The notes below the pieces were generated by a model that made no database searches, had not been told where the DNA came from, and worked only from the letters and a program-made list of their open reading frames with translations. DNA of 32,000 nt, taken from positions 630,001 to 662,000 of the forward strand of contig NC_010085.1 in the NCBI RefSeq assembly GCF_000018465.1, in the 5' to 3' direction. This DNA is from Nitrosopumilus maritimus SCM1 (GTDB lineage: Archaea; Thermoproteota; Nitrososphaeria; Nitrososphaerales; Nitrosopumilaceae). Below are positions 9,111-19,351 of this stretch, in pieces. Position numbers and translations under genes: made by a program. Numbering within the stretch: the stretch's first letter is position 1; the number at the start of each line of letters is the position of its first letter.

Positions 9111-9404
9111 CTATTTCTTTTTTCCAATTTGAATTAGATCGGGGGCCTTGTCTTTGTCACCTTCTTGACCTTTTGCTTGCCATCTAAGTAACACTTCTTT
9201 GAATGCTGCTGCATCAGCTTCATTTTCAGTGTACATCAAAGTGGTGACCCAAAAACCATTATTGGCAGTTTTTCCTCCAACAGAATTCATCCAAAAATCA
9301 CTTGGCAAATTCTCCATGATTTTACTGTCTTTTTCTTTAGCAACTTCTGACCATCTGTTTGATACAAAATTCAAAATTTGTTCAAGTTCTTCTCTTTGAA
9401 TCAT
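9111..9404 (-). CDS. Conserved hypothetical protein
   Basis: 97 aa ORF, good coding context, ends just before the ThyX-like gene on the same strand. Confidence 0.65.
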   Translation of the reverse strand: MIQREELEQILNFVSNRWSEVAKEKDSKIMENLPSDFWMNSVGGKTANNGFWVTTLMYTENEADAAAFKEVLLRWQAKGQEGDKDKAPDLIQIGKKK

Positions 9405-9537
9405 GTGCCTACTACTTAGGCTCTAAATTTTAAAATTTCTACAAAATACGGGATTTTGAGTTAGTAAAAATAATCTTACTAAAACTAAAAAGAATTCTTA
9501 CACTTTGCTGGTTATACAAATCTCTAAAGTTACACAC

Positions 9538-10416
9538 ATGACCCAAGACGATATCGAGATAATCGGTAAAAACGTCAAAGACATGTACGGAACATTCATG
9601 GGTAAAGTCGCAGGAACAATAACTGACATTGACGGAAGTATTCAATCCGTTGGCGTTGACTGCGGTTCTCAAGGATTACAGCAAATCCAATATGAGCAAC
9701 TAGTAGTTCAAGGCGATGTAGTTATTTTCATTCCAAAATGGAGACTCGACTCTCAAAGACTCATTCGTGAAAAACAACTAACTCTACGTCGTCTAAAGGC
9801 CTTGATTGATATTGTTTCAGAAAATGATGACATGAAAGAAGATGCAGAAATAATTCATGAAAAATACAAGTCAAAACTTGTATCATTAGATGAGACAGAA
9901 AGTGAAATCAAAGCCAAACTTGAGGCAAGATTGACTGAGCTAGATGAACAAATGAAGTCTGCAAAAATGTTATCATTTGATGCAAAAGTACAATTCAAGA
10001 GCAATGAAATCTCTGAAGAAACATTTGAAACCGTGAAATCATGCACAACTGAGGTAATTGAGCATGTTACTCACGAAGTATCAGAAATTGAAAATGTTAA
10101 GAGTAGAATTGCAGACTTGGGATTGGAAGTACAAGAGATAACAGCCCCTCCTACACCAGACATCCAAGAATCAGCCGTTTCATATCTGGAGACAAATGAA
10201 CCACAACAAGTAGTTCAAACAAGTCTTCCGGAAGCACCAACAGAACCCGTTACAACACCTTCAGAACCAATTGAGGTAAGTGCAGCCCCTATGCCAGAAC
10301 CTCCAACAGAATCTGAAGTAACATTTGCATTTCCAGAACCACCTCAACAGGTGACACCAGAGACTCCAAAAGACGACAACGATAATGATTGGCTTGCTAG
10401 AATGGAAGCACAATAA
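9538..10416 (+). CDS. cdvA: Cell division protein CdvA
   Basis: N-terminal PRC-barrel-like MYGTFMGKVAGTITDIDGSIQSVGVDCG, coiled-coil centre, Pro-rich linker, short conserved C-terminus NDWLARMEAQ. ATG at 9538 preferred over the TTG at 9505 in the ORF track. Confidence 0.85.
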   Translation: MTQDDIEIIGKNVKDMYGTFMGKVAGTITDIDGSIQSVGVDCGSQGLQQIQYEQLVVQGDVVIFIPKWRLDSQRLIREKQLTLRRLKALIDIVSENDDMKEDAEIIHEKYKSKLVSLDETESEIKAKLEARLTELDEQMKSAKMLSFDAKVQFKSNEISEETFETVKSCTTEVIEHVTHEVSEIENVKSRIADLGLEVQEITAPPTPDIQESAVSYLETNEPQQVVQTSLPEAPTEPVTTPSEPIEVSAAPMPEPPTESEVTFAFPEPPQQVTPETPKDDNDNDWLARMEAQ

Positions 10417-10470
10417 TTTTTTTAATTATTTTTTTAACATTTAGAAGGATCATAGCTCATACACTTTTTG

Positions 10471-12387
10471 ATGTCTGATACCTACAATATTGGGCTTGGA
10501 AATAATGACACTGACACTAGAATAAAGGCTGATTCAGATTTTGTTTCATTTTGGAATGATCAGGCAAAAAACCTAACTTGGTTTTCTCCTTGGAATGAGA
10601 CTTTGGATTGGCAGCCACCCTTTGCAAAATGGTTTGTTGGAGGCACGATTAATGCTTCTCATAATGCATTAGATGTACACCAGGACTCAAAATCTGAAAA
10701 ACCTGCTATCCTATGGGAGGGTGAGAATGGTGACTCTAGAATTCTCACATATGGCCAGATACTCACTGAGGTCCAAAAATTCTCAAATATTCTCAAATCT
10801 CTTGGTGTGGAAAAAGGTGATCGTGTTACTTTGTATCTTCCAATGATTCCTGAATTGCCAATTGCAATGCTTGCGTGTGCTAGAATTGGCGCAACTCATA
10901 CTGTTATCTTTTCAGGATTTAGTGCAACATCAATTAGAGATAGAGTTGATGATTCAAAATCCAAAGTTATAGTTACTGCTGATGGTGGTTATCGTCGTGG
11001 AAAAATTGTAAAACTAAAAGAAGTAGTTGATGAGGCAATTGAAGACTTTGATTTTGTAAAAAATGTTGTTGTTGTAGAGAGAACCAAAAATGAAATTCCA
11101 ATGACTTGTAAAGATAAACTTTGGAATGATTTAATGAATGATGCATCTGATAATTGCCCTGCAGAAAAATTAGACAGTGCACACCCACTTTACATTTTGT
11201 ATACTTCTGGAACAACTGGAAAACCAAAAGGTGTTTTACATGGTACTGGCGGATACTTGACTCATCTTTATTCTACTTTCAAATGGGCATTTGACATTAA
11301 AGATTCTGATGTGTTTTTTTGTACTGCTGATATTGGGTGGGTAACTGGACACAGCTATGTTGTTTATGCACCATTACTACATGGCGCAACTGAAATTATG
11401 TATGAAGGCGCACCTGATTTTCCTGACGCATCAAGGATGTGGGATATTTTACAAAAATACAAAGCCACAATTTTCTACACCACCCCAACTGCTCTTAGAA
11501 TGTTTATGAAGTTTGGAGACGACATTCCAAATTCCTTTGATCTTTCTACATTACGATTGCTTGGAACAGTTGGCGAACCAATCAATCCTGAAGTTTGGAG
11601 ATGGTATTTCAAAACCATTGGTAAAGAAAAATGTCCAATCATTGATACTTGGTGGCAAACTGAAACGGGAGGAATGTTGATTTCCCCACTTCCTGGCCTT
11701 GAAACAATTCCTCTCAAACCTGGCTCTGGAACTCTTCCAATACCTGGTGTGAATATCACTGTTGTAGATGAAAATGGCAAAGATGTTGAGCCTAATACCA
11801 AGGGATATCTTGTTGTCAAGAACCCTTGGCCTGGAATGCTTTTGACATTGTGGGGTGATGATGAAAAATACAAGACAGTATACTGGTCAAAATACGAAAA
11901 TTGCTACTATCCTGGTGATTACGCACTAAAGGATGCAGATGGATATCTTTGGTTACTTGGACGTGCTGATGATGTTCTAAAAGTTGCAGGTCATAGAATT
12001 GGAACTGCAGAACTTGAAAGTTGCATTGTCTCGCATGATGATGTTGCTGAGTCTGCTGCATGTGGTATTCCTGATGAAGTAAAAGGTGAAGTAATTATTG
12101 CATTTGTTGTACTAAAAGAAGGCATTAACACTGAAACCAAAGTTTTAGAAAAAGAACTTGTTGAAAAAATAAGAACCGATATTGGTGCTATTGCTACTCC
12201 AAAACAAATCTACTTTGTATCTAAATTGCCAAAGACAAGAAGTGGAAAGATTATGCGTCGATTACTAAAAGCAATTGGAAATAATGAAAAGATTGGTGAT
12301 GTTAGTACTCTGGAAGATGGCGCTGCTGTTATTGAAGTTCAAACTGCTTTTGATGAGATTCAAAAATCAATCAAAGAATCAAACTAG
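10471..12387 (+). CDS. acs: Acetyl-CoA synthetase, AMP-forming (ACS family)
   Basis: [61 protein letters not shown]; ATG 10471 preferred over TTG 10468. Confidence 0.9.
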   Translation: MSDTYNIGLGNNDTDTRIKADSDFVSFWNDQAKNLTWFSPWNETLDWQPPFAKWFVGGTINASHNALDVHQDSKSEKPAILWEGENGDSRILTYGQILTEVQKFSNILKSLGVEKGDRVTLYLPMIPELPIAMLACARIGATHTVIFSGFSATSIRDRVDDSKSKVIVTADGGYRRGKIVKLKEVVDEAIEDFDFVKNVVVVERTKNEIPMTCKDKLWNDLMNDASDNCPAEKLDSAHPLYILYTSGTTGKPKGVLHGTGGYLTHLYSTFKWAFDIKDSDVFFCTADIGWVTGHSYVVYAPLLHGATEIMYEGAPDFPDASRMWDILQKYKATIFYTTPTALRMFMKFGDDIPNSFDLSTLRLLGTVGEPINPEVWRWYFKTIGKEKCPIIDTWWQTETGGMLISPLPGLETIPLKPGSGTLPIPGVNITVVDENGKDVEPNTKGYLVVKNPWPGMLLTLWGDDEKYKTVYWSKYENCYYPGDYALKDADGYLWLLGRADDVLKVAGHRIGTAELESCIVSHDDVAESAACGIPDEVKGEVIIAFVVLKEGINTETKVLEKELVEKIRTDIGAIATPKQIYFVSKLPKTRSGKIMRRLLKAIGNNEKIGDVSTLEDGAAVIEVQTAFDEIQKSIKESN

Positions 12388-12908
12388 ATTTTTTTCAAGT
12401 CAATTGTAGACAACATTTCAAACATGTCCTTGAGTCCATCGTACTCTGATTTTGATTCTTCGTCTAACTCGTTGTATTCTTTATCTTTAATCTCATCTAA
12501 TCTGCTATTTGCATCTTTGAAAAATTGTTCATATTCTTTTATTTTGTCATCATTCATTTGAGTCAAATCAAAAATTACAGTATTACTTCCAAGAAGATTT
12601 TTGTTTTCATCATATAGACTGGTTGCATGCAATACCCCTGGAAATGTGCTGCCATCTTGTCTTTTGAAGATAATTTTTCTATCTGTTACTTTTCCAGTCT
12701 CAAACCATGTTTTGAGTGAATTATTCATGTCTTGCCACTCTTCTTTAGGCACGTGTTCAAAGATTGTCTTTCCTAAAATCTCGGATTTTGAGTATCCTAG
12801 ATTTACTGCATATGTTGAATTACAATCAAGTATTGCTCCAATCGAGTTGATTCTTCTCCACATTACTGGTGCATCTTTGAGCGTTTTTCGTGCTTCTGTT
12901 TGTGGCAT
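12384..12908 (-). CDS. PAS-domain protein
   Basis: [35 protein letters not shown]...[20 protein letters not shown]; no kinase domain. Confidence 0.8.
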   Translation of the reverse strand: MPQTEARKTLKDAPVMWRRINSIGAILDCNSTYAVNLGYSKSEILGKTIFEHVPKEEWQDMNNSLKTWFETGKVTDRKIIFKRQDGSTFPGVLHATSLYDENKNLLGSNTVIFDLTQMNDDKIKEYEQFFKDANSRLDEIKDKEYNELDEESKSEYDGLKDMFEMLSTIDLKKI

Positions 12909-12949
12909 TTTTTAAAATTGTAAACACTAGTTATTAAATTGAAATATTT

Positions 12950-13972
12950 TCAAAACCACTGATCCAAGTTTTGGCTTTTCTTTTCTAATGCCTTTTTCAA
13001 TCGATTCAATGTTGAATTTACTCTGTCTTCAGAAAAACTTCTTTCTCTTACAAGATAATTGCTCATTCCTTCATAGTTGACATTCTCAAAAACAATTTCT
13101 TTTACATCTGCAACTTCTGGATTCAAAAATATTTTTCTAATTTCTTGATAATCTATTTCTTCTAACTGCTCTTGAATTTGTGGAATCTCTTCCAACTTTG
13201 AATGTTGTTTGATCATTTTTAGTGCGGTTTTTGGACCTACTCTTTCAAATCCATTTGGATTAAAGTCTGTCCCAATTAAAATTCCAACATCAATTAATTC
13301 TTCACGTGTTAATTCTAGTGAGTCTAATGTTTTTTGTGTTTCAATAATCTCTGGAACAATATCGATGTATGTGTTCTTGTTTGGGATTTTCCTTCTACCG
13401 CTATTTGTAAAATTTCTCACCAATCTTTTTGCTCCACACAAAATTGAGTCAAAGTCTTGACTTGCTGAAGCATATGCTTGACCTGTGTTTGTGAGATGGG
13501 CTGCAGTTGCTTCCCCCTCTGATGGTGCTTCAATGTATGGTATGCCAAAATATGTCAAAAGTTGCTTTGATTCTTTTACCATCCCATCTTTCATACTTGT
13601 TGTCTGTTGAGCATATTTTCTAGCATCTTCCATATTTCCATCTGCAATTGCTTTTTCATATTTTATGGTTGCATCCATTTTGATTTGTTTTCTACGCTCA
13701 ATTTCTGCTGTTTTTAGAGATGGTGGTTTTCCATCAAATACGTAAACTGGTTTTATTCCTAGAGATAGAAAATTTACATTTCTGTACAGTAACCCACTGA
13801 GATGACTAGTAATTCTGCCTTCTGAATCTGATAATTGTAACCCGTCTGGACCTCTTATACTTGCTAAAAATTGGTAGATAGCATTGTATGCATCAATCGC
13901 AATTACTTTGTTTGAAAATGCCTCTAGTGTGGTTTTTTCTCTGACAACTAAATCTTTTAGATTTAATCCCAT
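12950..13972 (-). CDS. fen: Flap endonuclease 1
   Basis: [68 protein letters not shown]; C-terminal SQNLDQWF resembles a PCNA-interacting motif. Confidence 0.95.
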   Translation of the reverse strand: MGLNLKDLVVREKTTLEAFSNKVIAIDAYNAIYQFLASIRGPDGLQLSDSEGRITSHLSGLLYRNVNFLSLGIKPVYVFDGKPPSLKTAEIERRKQIKMDATIKYEKAIADGNMEDARKYAQQTTSMKDGMVKESKQLLTYFGIPYIEAPSEGEATAAHLTNTGQAYASASQDFDSILCGAKRLVRNFTNSGRRKIPNKNTYIDIVPEIIETQKTLDSLELTREELIDVGILIGTDFNPNGFERVGPKTALKMIKQHSKLEEIPQIQEQLEEIDYQEIRKIFLNPEVADVKEIVFENVNYEGMSNYLVRERSFSEDRVNSTLNRLKKALEKKSQNLDQWF

Positions 13973-14011
13973 GAGTTACTGTTATTCTCTAATGGTATTT
14001 TGATGTTAAGA

Positions 14012-14812
14012 TTAGTTTTCTGGTATTATTTCACAGGATAACTGTAAGACGTCTTTATTTTGAGATGTTTGATCAGTAAAATTACAATCAATGCTCTTAA
14101 ACTCTGCTAATTTTTCAACATCATCTTTTGAAATGTCTCCATTATGATATCCTTTGAGAACTTTAGTGAGATATTTCTTAAGTATTGTATTTTCTAGATC
14201 TTTTTCCATGACTCCTATGTCATATCCTGTCCTGATCTTTTTTTCATGCAAAATTCCTCCTAAACCTATTTCTTCATTTGACTCCATCACGACAGTGTTT
14301 ATTTTTGGTTGTTCTTGACTTGACATTATTACATCAAATGGTGTTTGTTTTGCTAACATGCCGTATTCTGTACTAATACGCATCATATACTGTCCTGTTT
14401 TTTCATTATTGTTCAAAAAGTCACTTTTATCAAAATATTGAGTAAACTCTGCTTCGTATACATCATTTCCTCTATCTCTAAGTTGTAGTTCTGATTTGTT
14501 GACTTTGTCACCTGTTGGTGAAAATATCTCCAAATACACTAATCCCATTTGTGGTTGAAAACCCTCATACACCACATTTCCTCTAATGAATCCATTTGAT
14601 GTATCTAGATCAATTGATTTACTCTCTAACAAAATTTTGATACTTTCTTTAGCATCCGTAATACCTCCAAATCCAATTACCTCGATATTTTGTGCTTGTT
14701 TTTGAGGCATATCTGTAGGTGCAGTCCCTGCTATTGCGAATCCGACAGAAACTATTGTAATTGCAATTGCAGCTATGATCCCAATTGTATCTTGTTTTTT
14801 CAAATTACTCAT
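14012..14812 (-). CDS. Membrane-anchored/secreted hypothetical protein
   Basis: Internal start MSNLKKQDTIGIIAAIAITIVSVGFAIAGTAPT gives a signal/anchor helix; the upstream ORF-track start (14848) lies within the TrmB-like gene. Confidence 0.7.
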   Translation of the reverse strand: MSNLKKQDTIGIIAAIAITIVSVGFAIAGTAPTDMPQKQAQNIEVIGFGGITDAKESIKILLESKSIDLDTSNGFIRGNVVYEGFQPQMGLVYLEIFSPTGDKVNKSELQLRDRGNDVYEAEFTQYFDKSDFLNNNEKTGQYMMRISTEYGMLAKQTPFDVIMSSQEQPKINTVVMESNEEIGLGGILHEKKIRTGYDIGVMEKDLENTILKKYLTKVLKGYHNGDISKDDVEKLAEFKSIDCNFTDQTSQNKDVLQLSCEIIPEN

Positions 14813-15626
14813 TTTTGAACTCCATTGATTTTTTCCACAACTCTTCAAAAAGTAATTTTTTTGAATAATTCATGGCACTTGAATTTGTCCACATAGCTGT
14901 TGATTCTTTTTTTGAATTGTTTTTCAAATAAAACAAGACTTCATTATCTTTTACGATGAAACATAGATTATTAGCAATTTGTTCTGGTAAAACTTTGATG
15001 TTGTCATTGTTTAGATTTTCATATACATAGTTTGTTTTTGTAGATGTTGTAAGTATCTTGAATTTTTTTAACTCATTAACGTTATCTAAGATATTTGTAT
15101 GATAAAAATTAGCAAAGTCTTTTTCATTACCAATCATTAATACTTCTTCTTGTGTATTCATCATTTCATTAATTTTTGAATTAATTTGATTTTCGCCTTG
15201 AAGCATTTGGAATTTCTCTTCTACCTTTTCTTCATTAGTTCTAATTGGAATTGTTTCCCAAAGTTTAATCAAAGATGTTTTTTGATTCTCTAACTTTTTG
15301 ATTTTTTGTTTCTCAGAGTTAATTATTTGTGTCATTGCATTTGTAATCTCTATTGCCGTAAATTTTACAGGATGTCCGAACATTGCAGACACAATTCCCT
15401 TGTTTTGTAATGTGGATAAAATATGATATGTTTCTGTTCTAGGAATTTTTAGTGCCTGATTAATCTCTGATGCTGTTTTGGTACCATATTTTCCTAGGAA
15501 CATGTAGACTTTAGATTGATTTGCAGAAAGTCCAAATTTCTCTAATTCTATTTGGATCTTTTCAAAGGATTTTTCAATATTATCTAATGATAAATCCTGA
15601 TTTTCTTCTACTATTACACTCTTCAT
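14805..15626 (-). CDS. TrmB-like transcriptional regulator
   Basis: NQALKIPRTETYHILSTLQNKGIVSAMFGHPVKFTAI winged-HTH followed by coiled-coil; start uncertain between 15626 and 15656. Confidence 0.8.
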   Translation of the reverse strand: MKSVIVEENQDLSLDNIEKSFEKIQIELEKFGLSANQSKVYMFLGKYGTKTASEINQALKIPRTETYHILSTLQNKGIVSAMFGHPVKFTAIEITNAMTQIINSEKQKIKKLENQKTSLIKLWETIPIRTNEEKVEEKFQMLQGENQINSKINEMMNTQEEVLMIGNEKDFANFYHTNILDNVNELKKFKILTTSTKTNYVYENLNNDNIKVLPEQIANNLCFIVKDNEVLFYLKNNSKKESTAMWTNSSAMNYSKKLLFEELWKKSMEFKNE

Positions 15627-15837
15627 GCCTGTGACCATATTCCCATTTCTGGGCATTACTTTGATTTATCCTCCATATGTGAATATTTTTTGATAAATTT
15701 GATCGCTATTGACATTATTTTGATAAATTACTAAATCCCTAGGCTCATACTTTGATATTTGATTCAATTATGCTTCTTTTTGTCTGTTCTAAAAATTACA
15801 TACAACTGCTCTTAATTGATATGACATTACGAATTCC

Positions 15838-16848
15838 ATGGTTGCAAACACCTTTGCAAAAAAGGACTATATCAATGCCCTAGATGAAATTGAAAATCAA
15901 CAATTTCAATTACTTCAAAGAAAAGCCAAATTTTTACAAAATGAATTAACAAAAACTAGTTCACAAATTAATGACTTTGAAATTGATTCATTAAATGATT
16001 TAACACATGATTCTAGTTTTAAAAATAATAAAAAACATAATCAAAATTCTTTAAAACTTAATTTTGATACAAAAATAATTTCAATTAAACATCTCGTGCT
16101 TTTTGCATCATTCGTGTTTTTTTCAATTATGACTCCATTTTTGATTAATACATATTTTCTACACGATGATATTGTAGCTGATGCTGTTGTTCTTGAGTCT
16201 CCTATGAAAACAAAATTTTTAATTGAAAATTTACGTGGTGACACAATTGATACTGTAAAGTCTTGGAGAATATTAGATGGTGATGCATTAAATGTTAATC
16301 TAATTAATGGAGATATTTTAACATCTGAACAACACAATGCTGTATTAAAAGTCATTAATTCTACAGACTCTATACTAATAGACGATCATATTATTAATCG
16401 AGGTCCACCAGGCTCTGAATCTATATATTTTCTAGGTTGGGCTGGTGCAATGGAAGAAGCTGCAAAAACTGATACTGCCTACACAGTCCCTACAACTTTC
16501 AATATCTTTCAATCTGAAAATGGTGAAGGTCAAATCATAATTAATTTTTCAAATTTGATTGATACTGATGGTTTTACAGGATACACCAAATCTGTCATAC
16601 AAGATGGTGAAATATTAAAATCATATATCACAATTTATGATGTTGATAACTTGGATGCATCTGAATTAGCAACAATTGTACGACATGAATTTGGACATGC
16701 TTTGGGACTAGGTCATTCTACCGATCCAGAAGACCTAATGGCTCCTACAATACTGACTGAATTTCCTTATATTTCAGAATGCAATGTAGATGCTATGCGG
16801 GTATTGTATAATGGGCACGAATCAGGAATGGCAGTGTGTAAAAAATGA
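15838..16848 (+). CDS. Membrane-tethered matrixin-family metalloprotease
   Basis: Coiled N-terminus, one TM helix (HLVLFASFVFFSIMTPFLINTYF), then TIVRHEFGHALGLGHSTDPEDLMAP (HExxHxxGxxH plus downstream Met). Confidence 0.85.
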   Translation: MVANTFAKKDYINALDEIENQQFQLLQRKAKFLQNELTKTSSQINDFEIDSLNDLTHDSSFKNNKKHNQNSLKLNFDTKIISIKHLVLFASFVFFSIMTPFLINTYFLHDDIVADAVVLESPMKTKFLIENLRGDTIDTVKSWRILDGDALNVNLINGDILTSEQHNAVLKVINSTDSILIDDHIINRGPPGSESIYFLGWAGAMEEAAKTDTAYTVPTTFNIFQSENGEGQIIINFSNLIDTDGFTGYTKSVIQDGEILKSYITIYDVDNLDASELATIVRHEFGHALGLGHSTDPEDLMAPTILTEFPYISECNVDAMRVLYNGHESGMAVCKK

Positions 16849-17495
16849 GCATTCGTGCATTGGTTATAGATGATGAAAAAGAAACACTTGATCTATTTTC
16901 TGAACTTTTGACTACTCACAATATCCAGGTTGTTGGTAAGGGACATAATGGTCAAGAGGCACTATTTTTGTTTCAAAAATTAAAACCCGATGTTGTATAT
17001 CTTGATGTCTCAATGCCTGTTTATGATGGATTGTATGCTTTGGAAAAAATTCGAGAAATTAATCCAAATGCAATAGTTTTCTTAATTGTTGAGAAAATGT
17101 CCTTAAAATCTGAAATGAAAATGAATCGATTGAATCCTTCTTTTGTATTTCGAGAACCTCTTGATGTTGATGAAATAATTCAAAATACTCATCGTTTTTG
17201 TTTGCCTCCAAAAGATGAATTAGAAAACATGCAAAAAACAATGATTACTTTGGCATTAAAAAATACATTACTTGAATTAGGTCATGATGAACTTGACAAA
17301 GTAATGTCAATCCTGAAAAAAGACTATAATTTAACATTAGATGACTGTTATGATAATCCAGAAGATCTAAAACATGTTTTACAAGATTTGTTTGGTGAAT
17401 CGTATGATGACATCCTCCAATCCTTAAGATCTAACATGAAAGAAATTTCATCACACCATTCAACTAAAACCTTTATTTCAAATTTGCATGAATGA
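16845..17495 (+). CDS. Response regulator receiver protein with helical C-terminus
   Basis: RALVIDDEKE, VVYLDVSMPVYDGLYALEKIR; ATGA overlap with upstream protease. Confidence 0.85.
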   Translation: MSIRALVIDDEKETLDLFSELLTTHNIQVVGKGHNGQEALFLFQKLKPDVVYLDVSMPVYDGLYALEKIREINPNAIVFLIVEKMSLKSEMKMNRLNPSFVFREPLDVDEIIQNTHRFCLPPKDELENMQKTMITLALKNTLLELGHDELDKVMSILKKDYNLTLDDCYDNPEDLKHVLQDLFGESYDDILQSLRSNMKEISSHHSTKTFISNLHE

Positions 17496-17773
17496 TATGC
17501 TTGAATAAAATGTCAAAAATTGTTTTTCCTCCTCATCTAGAAGATAAAATATTTGAAATAAAATATGACTCTAACACTGTTTCTAAAATAACTTCTTATT
17601 TTCCTTTTTCAGACTCTGAAAAACAAGAGATTACTTCTATTGTTAATGTGGATTTCCTTGAATTTCATTCTATTTTTACTGACACTGTTTCTGATGAAGA
17701 ATGGAATCGAACTAAAGACCAAATCAAAAAAAGATTTAATGATGAATTGTTTAACATTGATAAAAAATCCTAG
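17492..17773 (+). CDS. Hypothetical protein (93 aa)
   Basis: ORF overlaps the response-regulator stop (ATGA). Confidence 0.55.
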   Translation: MICLNKMSKIVFPPHLEDKIFEIKYDSNTVSKITSYFPFSDSEKQEITSIVNVDFLEFHSIFTDTVSDEEWNRTKDQIKKRFNDELFNIDKKS

Positions 17774-17813
17774 TTCTGATTTGCTTTATTATGGAGAAAA
17801 TTTTAGGTTAATT

Positions 17814-17895
17814 GCCGGAATAGCCAAGTGGTAAGGCGGCCGTCTCGAAAACGGCTACGCGCAAGCGTGCGGGAGTTCGAATCTCTCTTCCGGCG
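17814..17895 (+). tRNA. tRNA-Ser(CGA)
   Basis: Acceptor GCCGGAA/TTCCGGC, D arm GCC-AAGTGGTAA-GGC, anticodon arm GCCGT-CTCGAAA-ACGGC (anticodon CGA at 17846-17848), long variable arm ACGC-GCAA-GCGT, T arm GGGAG-TTCGAAT-CTCTC; discriminator G; no encoded CCA, no intron visible. Confidence 0.95.
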
Positions 17896-17909
17896 TATTC
17901 ATAATTTTT

Positions 17910-18119
17910 ATGGCTGATTCAAAGAATATCCTTATGACTAAAGAATTAGAGTCAAAGATTCAACAATCAGAAATTTCAACTGAAGAATTGATTTTACATT
18001 TTAGAGAAAAATGCAAAATCTGCGGTCACCATAGAATCATGCATGATGCAATAGGAAAATGTGAAGGTGTAATGAACAAACCTTGTACTTCTGGCTGTGA
18101 CAAATTTGAAGCAGAATAA
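17910..18119 (+). CDS. Small zinc-binding hypothetical protein
   Basis: 69 aa; CKICGHHRIMHDAIGKCEGVMNKPCTSGC. Confidence 0.65.
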   Translation: MADSKNILMTKELESKIQQSEISTEELILHFREKCKICGHHRIMHDAIGKCEGVMNKPCTSGCDKFEAE

Positions 18120-18157
18120 TTTCAAATTCTTTAATACTTATTTTATCTAGTTCTTTT

Positions 18158-18805
18158 ATGGCCCCTGACGTAAAAGAAGAAAAAATTTATCCGTTGGGCT
18201 ATGAACCTGAAACAACTCCTGAATCAACTGATCCTAATGTAAGAAATCAATTGATTAACTTCATTTTAAAATCTGGACCAACTGAAGTTGTAGATACTGA
18301 TTTGTTTGCAGTTATGGCAAAGAGGCGTTCAACAAGAAAATTTTTGGATAAACCTGTTGAAACTGCAAAAATAGATAAAATTATTGCAGCAGCTGATACT
18401 GCTCCAACTGCTGGAAACTATCAAGGCTTTGAAATTTTTTACGTAAAAAGTCCTGAAAAGAAAAAACAACTAATTGAAGCATGTAACAATCAACCTTATG
18501 TTAATGCACCTGTGGTGTTAGTTTTCTGTAAAAATCCTTCTAGAGTAAAATTTGATTTTCCTGAATATGTTTTAAAAAAATTTGCCATTCAAGATGCTAC
18601 TTTGGCAGCTGGATATTCTCAATTAGCTGCACAGGCTTTAGGATTGAGTTCGATTTGGATTGGAATGTTTGATGAACAAAAGGTAATGGATGTAATTGGA
18701 ACTGATTTGGTGCCTTCTTCTGTATTGTGTATTGGATATCCTAAACAAACTAAATTCCCAAAGCCAAGACGAAATCTCAAGGACTTGGTTCATGTAACGT
18801 GGTAA
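18158..18805 (+). CDS. Nitroreductase-family protein
   Basis: AKRRSTRKFLDKPVE, AADTAPTAGNYQGFEIFYV, FAIQDATLAAGYSQLAAQALGLSSIWIGMF, LCIGYPKQ. Confidence 0.9.
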   Translation: MAPDVKEEKIYPLGYEPETTPESTDPNVRNQLINFILKSGPTEVVDTDLFAVMAKRRSTRKFLDKPVETAKIDKIIAAADTAPTAGNYQGFEIFYVKSPEKKKQLIEACNNQPYVNAPVVLVFCKNPSRVKFDFPEYVLKKFAIQDATLAAGYSQLAAQALGLSSIWIGMFDEQKVMDVIGTDLVPSSVLCIGYPKQTKFPKPRRNLKDLVHVTW

Positions 18806-18857
18806 GCTTTACCTAAAATTATCCATCTTTAAATAGCGAGTACTATTTGTTAGATTC

Positions 18858-19091
18858 ATGACTGATGCTTACGTTATGTTAAATTGTGAGTTAGGCGCAG
18901 AAACTGAAATTATTGAAAAACTCAAAGAACTTGAACAAGTCGTAGATGTCTTTGAAACTATTGGAACTCATGATATGCTAGTCAAATTACAAGCTGAGAA
19001 TTTTGAAAAGATTAGAGAGATCGTTTCTTGGAATATTCAAAAATTAGACAAAGTTCGTTCTACTGCAACTCTCATAAAAAAAGATAATTAA
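18858..19091 (+). CDS. Stand-alone Lrp/AsnC ligand-binding (RAM) domain protein
   Basis: 77 aa: AYVMLNCELGAETEIIEKLKELEQVVDVFETIGTHDMLVKLQAENFEKI; no HTH. Confidence 0.85.
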   Translation: MTDAYVMLNCELGAETEIIEKLKELEQVVDVFETIGTHDMLVKLQAENFEKIREIVSWNIQKLDKVRSTATLIKKDN

Positions 19092-19111
19092 GATTAACAT
19101 AATCTTCTCAT

Positions 19112-19288
19112 ATGGTTGATGATAAAAACGAGATAGACAAACTCATCGATAATATGATTACTAGTGGGGATGAACTAGTTGATAATCTTAAAACAGTTTT
19201 GCCCAACTCACTTGCAGAATCTATGGTTATGTTTCATGAATCAAATGTTGAAAATTTGAAAAAAATCAAAGAATTTCTTAACAAATAG
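19112..19288 (+). CDS. Small hypothetical protein (58 aa)
   Basis: Hand translation: MVDDKNEIDKLIDNMITSGDELVDNLKTVLPNSLAESMVMFHESNVENLKKIKEFLNK*; below ORF-track cutoff; fills an otherwise empty gap. Confidence 0.45.
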   Translation: MVDDKNEIDKLIDNMITSGDELVDNLKTVLPNSLAESMVMFHESNVENLKKIKEFLNK

Positions 19289-19351
19289 ATTTCAATCTGA
19301 TTAGTGTCATTACTACTATATCCTTTTTAATCATTAATCGAATTTAAAACC

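Noticed and set aside
10973-12061. Minus-strand ORFs at 10973-11227, 11475-11873 and 11816-12061
   Set aside because: All lie opposite the well-supported acetyl-CoA synthetase gene and overlap each other; no motifs
17814-17895. tRNA gene as a possible integration site for a mobile element
   Set aside because: No integrase or partial tRNA repeat seen in the flanking sequence; neighbours look like ordinary chromosomal genes
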